Below are positions 7,790 through 11,960 of a DNA stretch of 11,960 bases, piece by piece (position 1 is the first letter of the stretch; each line of letters begins with the position of its first letter). A model generated the notes under the pieces. That model was not told where the DNA came from. It was given only the letters and a program-made list of their open reading frames with translations, and searched no databases. This stretch comes from Armatimonadota bacterium (GTDB taxonomy: Bacteria; Vulcanimicrobiota; JACPDS01; JBDRKI01), in assembly GCA_043814095.1 (NCBI GenBank), contig JBDRKI010000122.1, forward strand, positions 1-11,960. Direction: 5' to 3'. The position numbers and the translations under genes were made by a program.

Positions 7790-8620
7790 TTAGGGTACGA
7801 TCTTCCAGCGACCGGAAGGAATACTGCCTTTTTTAATTTTAGGCAAGCCAAGCGGTTTAGGCATAACCGGCTTGGATTCCCTTAATTTTAATTTAATTTT
7901 TAATCCATCGGTAATTTTTTCTATTTTTTGCGCCGCGGCATTAAGCAGTTGGCTTTTATAAACGCTGTATCCGTTATTTTTCATAACTCTCATAAAAACC
8001 TGATCAAATATAGTTCCGTTCCTTTTCAAAACTCCCAATTCTTTTTTAATCCTGCCTAATAAACATTCTATATTTGTTCCCCTGCGAATCTCTGCCCTAA
8101 AATCAAATAACTTGCCGCGGGGAAAGGTTCTCTTTCCTTCACGGACAGCTCTAAAAGTAAAATATGATTTTAACAGGTCTTTTTCCATAAATTCATATAC
8201 TTTGCACCATTCTTTTTTATCGGGATAAATTCTGCGCAGAACATCATTTAATCTTGCCTCCATCTCTTTTCTGCGCCTTAGGTAAGTAAATCTGGCGTAT
8301 GCCATCTCTTTATATTTTTCATGAGGAACAGATTCGGGTATTTTCTTGATATTCGGATTAAGAGGAAAGCATGTTTCTTCAACCCTGTATTTTGCGGGCA
8401 CATAATTGGAATAAAACTCCCTGGATGCTTCATCAATCACAGCCTCCAGATCCCTTATACACTTCCCCATACTTATCTTAAGGGCATTCGGATTATTTGA
8501 TTTTAATTCAGGATCCGCCATTCTGCGTGTTAAATAATCCACCAGCTCTTGCGATATATAGCCGTTACTGCTAGTCTTTCCCGCGGTTATATCCGTGGAT
8601 GTAAGCTTTATACCTTCCAT
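7790..8620 (-). CDS. Orphan protein, 276 aa, with a Lys/Pro-rich C-terminal tail (pair 2)
   Basis: Long ORF with SD AGAGG and an upstream promoter. Diverged paralog of 6949-7779. Confidence 0.82.
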   Translation of the reverse strand: MEGIKLTSTDITAGKTSSNGYISQELVDYLTRRMADPELKSNNPNALKISMGKCIRDLEAVIDEASREFYSNYVPAKYRVEETCFPLNPNIKKIPESVPHEKYKEMAYARFTYLRRRKEMEARLNDVLRRIYPDKKEWCKVYEFMEKDLLKSYFTFRAVREGKRTFPRGKLFDFRAEIRRGTNIECLLGRIKKELGVLKRNGTIFDQVFMRVMKNNGYSVYKSQLLNAAAQKIEKITDGLKIKLKLRESKPVMPKPLGLPKIKKGSIPSGRWKIVP

Positions 8621-8672
8621 TTTATTCCTCTAAATATAAATTATAACTATCTAAATAGTCCCTCCAATTACT

Positions 8673-8809
8673 ATTATAACATAAGTATATTAACAAATTG
8701 TTGCCAAATTGTTAACAATTTGTTAATAAAGTTTCCTTTATAGGAAAAGAAAAAGTTAACATTTTGTTAACATTTTTGTAATATTTTGGCAACATCAATG
8801 CTTTATAAT
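8673..8809. promoter_or_regulatory. Divergent promoter region with two mirror-image phased TTAACA-like arrays
   Basis: Minus strand: TGtTATAAT at 8673-8681, with repeats starting at 8688, 8699, 8710 and 8721 (11-bp period). Plus strand: GTTAAC 8755, GTTAAC 8766, GTAATA 8778 and GGCAAC 8788, then TATAAT at 8804-8809. Central near-palindrome TTTCCTTTATAGGAAA at 8732-8747. Confidence 0.7.
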
Positions 8810-9003
8810 GGTATTAGAACACCTTGCCCCGGTTAAATGCCAGAAAAAAATTACATAAATCCCTTTTAACCTGTAAGCAACGAAAATATGATGATTTTCA
8901 TGAAAATAGGTCTTTTGACCGATATTTTATAAAGATAATGAATGATAAAATTAACTTAGGGAAGGGAAAAAAATTTAAATTAACCGAGATAGGATAGATT
9001 AAG

Positions 9004-10680
9004 ATGAGCAATATTTATACAAGATACATGGATATAACAAGAAGCGCCCTGCACGCCAGGCCGGAAAGTTTAAGTTATACCCGTTATTACTGCAGATACA
9101 ACGGGAAGGCCTACCCCGCATACCAGGATGCCGGAAACCCCGATCCGGACAATAATAACTGGTATATCATAATTGAAATCCCGGCCATGAGAAGCGCGCG
9201 TATGGGAAATCCTGTCTATATTCCGGCAAAGCATAAAAGAGTTAACGTTTCTAAAAACCAGGTATATCAAAAACAGGCCTCCTTTACATTTAAATATTCT
9301 CAAAACGACAAAGCAGTCAAGGAACAGAAAAACCTTCACGGCATACTTGAAGGACTGGGCGTAAAAGCAAAAGGAATAACAATATTAACAGAAGGCATGT
9401 GCGATGATGACACCTTAAGATTCATGAATACCCGGCATTCCAAAGAGTTTTTCACAGAACTATTAACACAGATAGATCAGGTATACCCCGATATCTCGGG
9501 CTATATGATGTATCTTTTTGATAATGTTATAAACAAACGCTATTCGCATAAAGACCTTTCCTTAAGCTTAAAAGATTTTGAACCGGATAATTTAGGTTTA
9601 AATGAATCCGAAGTGTTCCTCTGCCAGGGATTTAAACAGGTAATGGTAGAGATATACAATAAACTTCATAAAAAACATGTAGGCAAATTCGTAGTCTTCC
9701 CGCACCTGGGAAAAGCTAAATTCAGCAAATGGCCGAGGAATGAACGCAACAGGTTCTACTGGTTCTGTAAAAAACACTCGGATCAGAAAACCTGTAATGC
9801 GATTAAAGAAAAAATACTGGCTGAAGAGATAAAGCTCGGTTGGTGGGATAAACTCTGCGTATCTTTAACCGGTTTTGATATTATAAATCCGGGATGCAGG
9901 ATGGCAGATGTAAGGAAAAGCGTATATGCACTAGGTCCGTGTATTAACAAGAAAAAAGAAATGAAGGCATTTTACAGAAAACATAAATCCGCAATAAGAA
10001 GCGGAAAGCTTCACATGTTCATGCTCCCCCACCTAGACGGGGGGAGAATTGTTCTTGTAAAAAACGATCCCAAGATACAGAAACAGTTTAAAAAACAGGT
10101 ATCTAAAATGGCGATGACCCAGGCAACAAACGAAATCTTCAGCCCTAAAGGCATAAGCGAAGCGCATCCCTTAAGACATCTTTTTGAAAAAATGGATGAA
10201 AAAGCTTTCGAAGGCATAGCTAATATAAAAACGGATTCAAAAGAACTGCTTCTTGCGGCTTTCGGATTGTACGCCTTCTTTATGGGGGTAAGAGATATAG
10301 TTGAATTTACATTTAACCCTTACTCCTGGTGGGAATTTATAATATCACTCCAGGATATGGGTCAGGATTTCAAGATGATCGGTGAAGTCTTCATGAGGGA
10401 GCAGAATGAAGCCCAGTCAGCTGTTGTGGTATGCATGCTTGCAGGAGTTCTTTACGGGGGTAAAGTATCCCATTCCCTGCATAATGCGCTTAATAATAAA
10501 ATCAAAGCAAAGATGCTGCTTAAAAACATAAGATCCCAGACAAGAGCTATGGCGGGCACCCCTTATGCTCGCAGCACTTCAAAAACAAGTTCCGCTGTGA
10601 AAATAAAGGCCAAACGTACACGCATGCCGCGAAGCAAATTAAAAGTATTTAAAAACCGGGTCAAAACCGGAAAGAATTAA
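9004..10680 (+). CDS. Orphan protein, 558 aa, with C-proximal hydrophobic segments and a basic C-terminal tail
   Basis: Long ORF with AGGA upstream of the ATG. No recognisable family motif. Hydrophobic stretches LLLAAFGLYAFFMGV and AVVVCMLAGVLYGG. Confidence 0.85.
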   Translation: MSNIYTRYMDITRSALHARPESLSYTRYYCRYNGKAYPAYQDAGNPDPDNNNWYIIIEIPAMRSARMGNPVYIPAKHKRVNVSKNQVYQKQASFTFKYSQNDKAVKEQKNLHGILEGLGVKAKGITILTEGMCDDDTLRFMNTRHSKEFFTELLTQIDQVYPDISGYMMYLFDNVINKRYSHKDLSLSLKDFEPDNLGLNESEVFLCQGFKQVMVEIYNKLHKKHVGKFVVFPHLGKAKFSKWPRNERNRFYWFCKKHSDQKTCNAIKEKILAEEIKLGWWDKLCVSLTGFDIINPGCRMADVRKSVYALGPCINKKKEMKAFYRKHKSAIRSGKLHMFMLPHLDGGRIVLVKNDPKIQKQFKKQVSKMAMTQATNEIFSPKGISEAHPLRHLFEKMDEKAFEGIANIKTDSKELLLAAFGLYAFFMGVRDIVEFTFNPYSWWEFIISLQDMGQDFKMIGEVFMREQNEAQSAVVVCMLAGVLYGGKVSHSLHNALNNKIKAKMLLKNIRSQTRAMAGTPYARSTSKTSSAVKIKAKRTRMPRSKLKVFKNRVKTGKN

Positions 10681-10683
10681 AAA

Positions 10684-11240
10684 CTAGGGCAGTCTGATTT
10701 TTATTCCTTTAACTTTAGGAAGTTTTAATTTTATCTTTAAATTCCTGATTCTTGCAGCTTCTGGCACAATAATTTTAATCTTTCTTGCAAAACCATTCTT
10801 TAGGTATCTTTTAAATCTTTTCAAAGAAGTGGAAATTCTTATCTTCTTATGTTTTGAATATTCCCTGATATCTGAATTGAAATCATTAATAAACCTGCTT
10901 AATATCCATTTATTAGTCCATGTATTATTCCACTGCTCTAAAGTATAAAAACCGCAAGTGGCGTGAACTTCCTTAAAGAATTTAATTTTAACTTCAGGGA
11001 GAGAAGAAAATAAAGTATTGAGATATCGTCCCGCATAAGAAGAATCCGCTTCTATTTTTTTATAATAGCGGATCTTACAGTATTATAGGAAGGGCTAGTG
11101 CCGTGTTCTTTTAAAATATCAGAAACACACTTTTTTATAAAAATCTTAAGTTCCCTTATCCGGACATGTTCTGAAAGAATAAATTCTTCATATTTAAAAC
11201 CTGCCGCAGAAATGCCGGCAGGATGTAATGTATTACTCAT
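10684..11240 (-). pseudogene. Frameshifted orphan gene (about 185 aa if joined) with a Lys-rich C-terminal tail (pair 3)
   Basis: The 62-aa ORF stops at ATA AAA AAA TAG. The -1 frame continues open as IEADSSYAGRYLNTLFSS...RIRNLKIKLKLPKVKGIKIRLP* to TAG at 10684-10686. The joined protein aligns along its length with 11269-11856. Confidence 0.78.
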
Positions 11241-11268
11241 ATATTATTCTCGGCAAAAAACTTTAAAT

Positions 11269-11856
11269 TTATAATTTAACTTTAGGCATTTTCGGAACTT
11301 TAATCTCAATCCTGCGGGTAGTAATCTTTTTGAAAGGAAACACTTTAACGCCTTTTAATGCATCCATTCCTTTAAAAACTTTAGATGTGTTGACGGCTTT
11401 CACTCCATTGCCCGGGGACTTTGTAACAAATCTTCTAAAGGTTTTAATTTTGTTTCCTACTCTTATCTTTCCCACAAATTCTTCAAGCACCGTTCTTTCG
11501 TTTTTATATGCCAGCTCTAAAATCGGACGTATAGGCGTTGAATAATTCTTAGCGCCGCTTGCATGCATCTTAACAGCGGTTATCAGCTCGTTTATAACCT
11601 GTCCGCCTATTTTTTCACTTTTCAATAATTTGTCAAAAAATCTGGCAGAAGGCGTATTCTTTTTTAGCGCGCTTGCAAGAACCTGATTAAGGGCAGCATC
11701 ATAGCTCATACTATATCTGGATTGTACGACCTTATTAGCGGTTTCCCTTACAACTTCTTTGATAAAATCCGTAAGATTGGCAAACTGCTCGTTAGTTATG
11801 GGGAGAGTCGTACCGTTAACTCTCGGATAACAAAATGATTCAATTTTACTATTCAT
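11269..11856 (-). CDS. Orphan protein, 195 aa, with a Lys-rich C-terminal tail (pair 3)
   Basis: SD AAGGTG upstream of the start, a near-consensus promoter upstream, and paralogy to 10684-11240. Confidence 0.82.
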   Translation of the reverse strand: MNSKIESFCYPRVNGTTLPITNEQFANLTDFIKEVVRETANKVVQSRYSMSYDAALNQVLASALKKNTPSARFFDKLLKSEKIGGQVINELITAVKMHASGAKNYSTPIRPILELAYKNERTVLEEFVGKIRVGNKIKTFRRFVTKSPGNGVKAVNTSKVFKGMDALKGVKVFPFKKITTRRIEIKVPKMPKVKL

Positions 11857-11914
11857 TATTTTTCACCTTTTCTACTTTTAAGCTGCAAATCAACTTGATT
11901 TAAAAAACATAAAC

Positions 11915-11943
11915 TTTATAATGTTTTTCGGCTCAAATGTCAA
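11915..11943 (-). promoter_or_regulatory. Sigma70-type promoter for pair 3
   Basis: Minus-strand TTGACA (11938-11943), 17-bp spacer, TATAAA (11915-11920). Confidence 0.7.
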
Positions 11944-11960
11944 CACTTATATTAATATTT

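Noticed and set aside
8786-8801. Sigma54-like TGGCAACATCAATGC (GG-N10-GC)
   Set aside because: The spacing fits, but the equivalent TTGGCA sites at 2135-2140 and 8703-8708 lack the -12 GC, and a TATAAT follows directly. It is better explained as a member of the phased repeat array, though not fully excluded.
1868-11545. Other short antisense ORFs in the track (1868-2128, 3974-4243, 4808-5245, 5733-5948, 6835-7161, 7422-7625, 8549-8743, 9070-9339, 10011-10217, 11330-11545)
   Set aside because: They overlap better-supported genes or promoter/terminator DNA on the opposite strand. Their hydrophobic F/L/I composition is the expected mirror of Lys-rich sense codons.
6949-11856. Prophage or mobile island as the explanation for the orphan cluster
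   Set aside because: No integrase, transposase, phage structural gene, tRNA or att-like repeat is visible. The orphans are interleaved with housekeeping genes and have host-like promoters and terminators.

Overview
An AT-rich bacterial chromosomal window, probably from an anaerobe. The housekeeping genes are all on the minus strand: a partial Cof-type HAD hydrolase, an archaeal-type AspRS, a PPP-like metallophosphoesterase, and a four-gene 2-oxoacid:ferredoxin oxidoreductase operon with a near-consensus Rex operator and an inserted HicB-like remnant. Between them lie seven orphan genes. Six form three tandem pairs of diverged paralogs (about 125 aa, 276 aa and about 190 aa); one member of the last pair is split by a frameshift at an A7 run, and its 3' two-thirds is absent from the ORF track. 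The seventh is a divergently transcribed 558-aa gene. The families look unrelated, yet all seven proteins end in a similar Lys-rich tail (alternating K-hydrophobic residues, plus hydrophobic-P-[KR]-x-K in six) and none has a Sec signal peptide. Three of their promoters share helically phased TTAACA-like repeats placed just upstream of the -10. Together this suggests a co-regulated set of substrates carrying an uncharacterised C-terminal export or targeting signal. That reading is inference; no secretion machinery is visible in the window.
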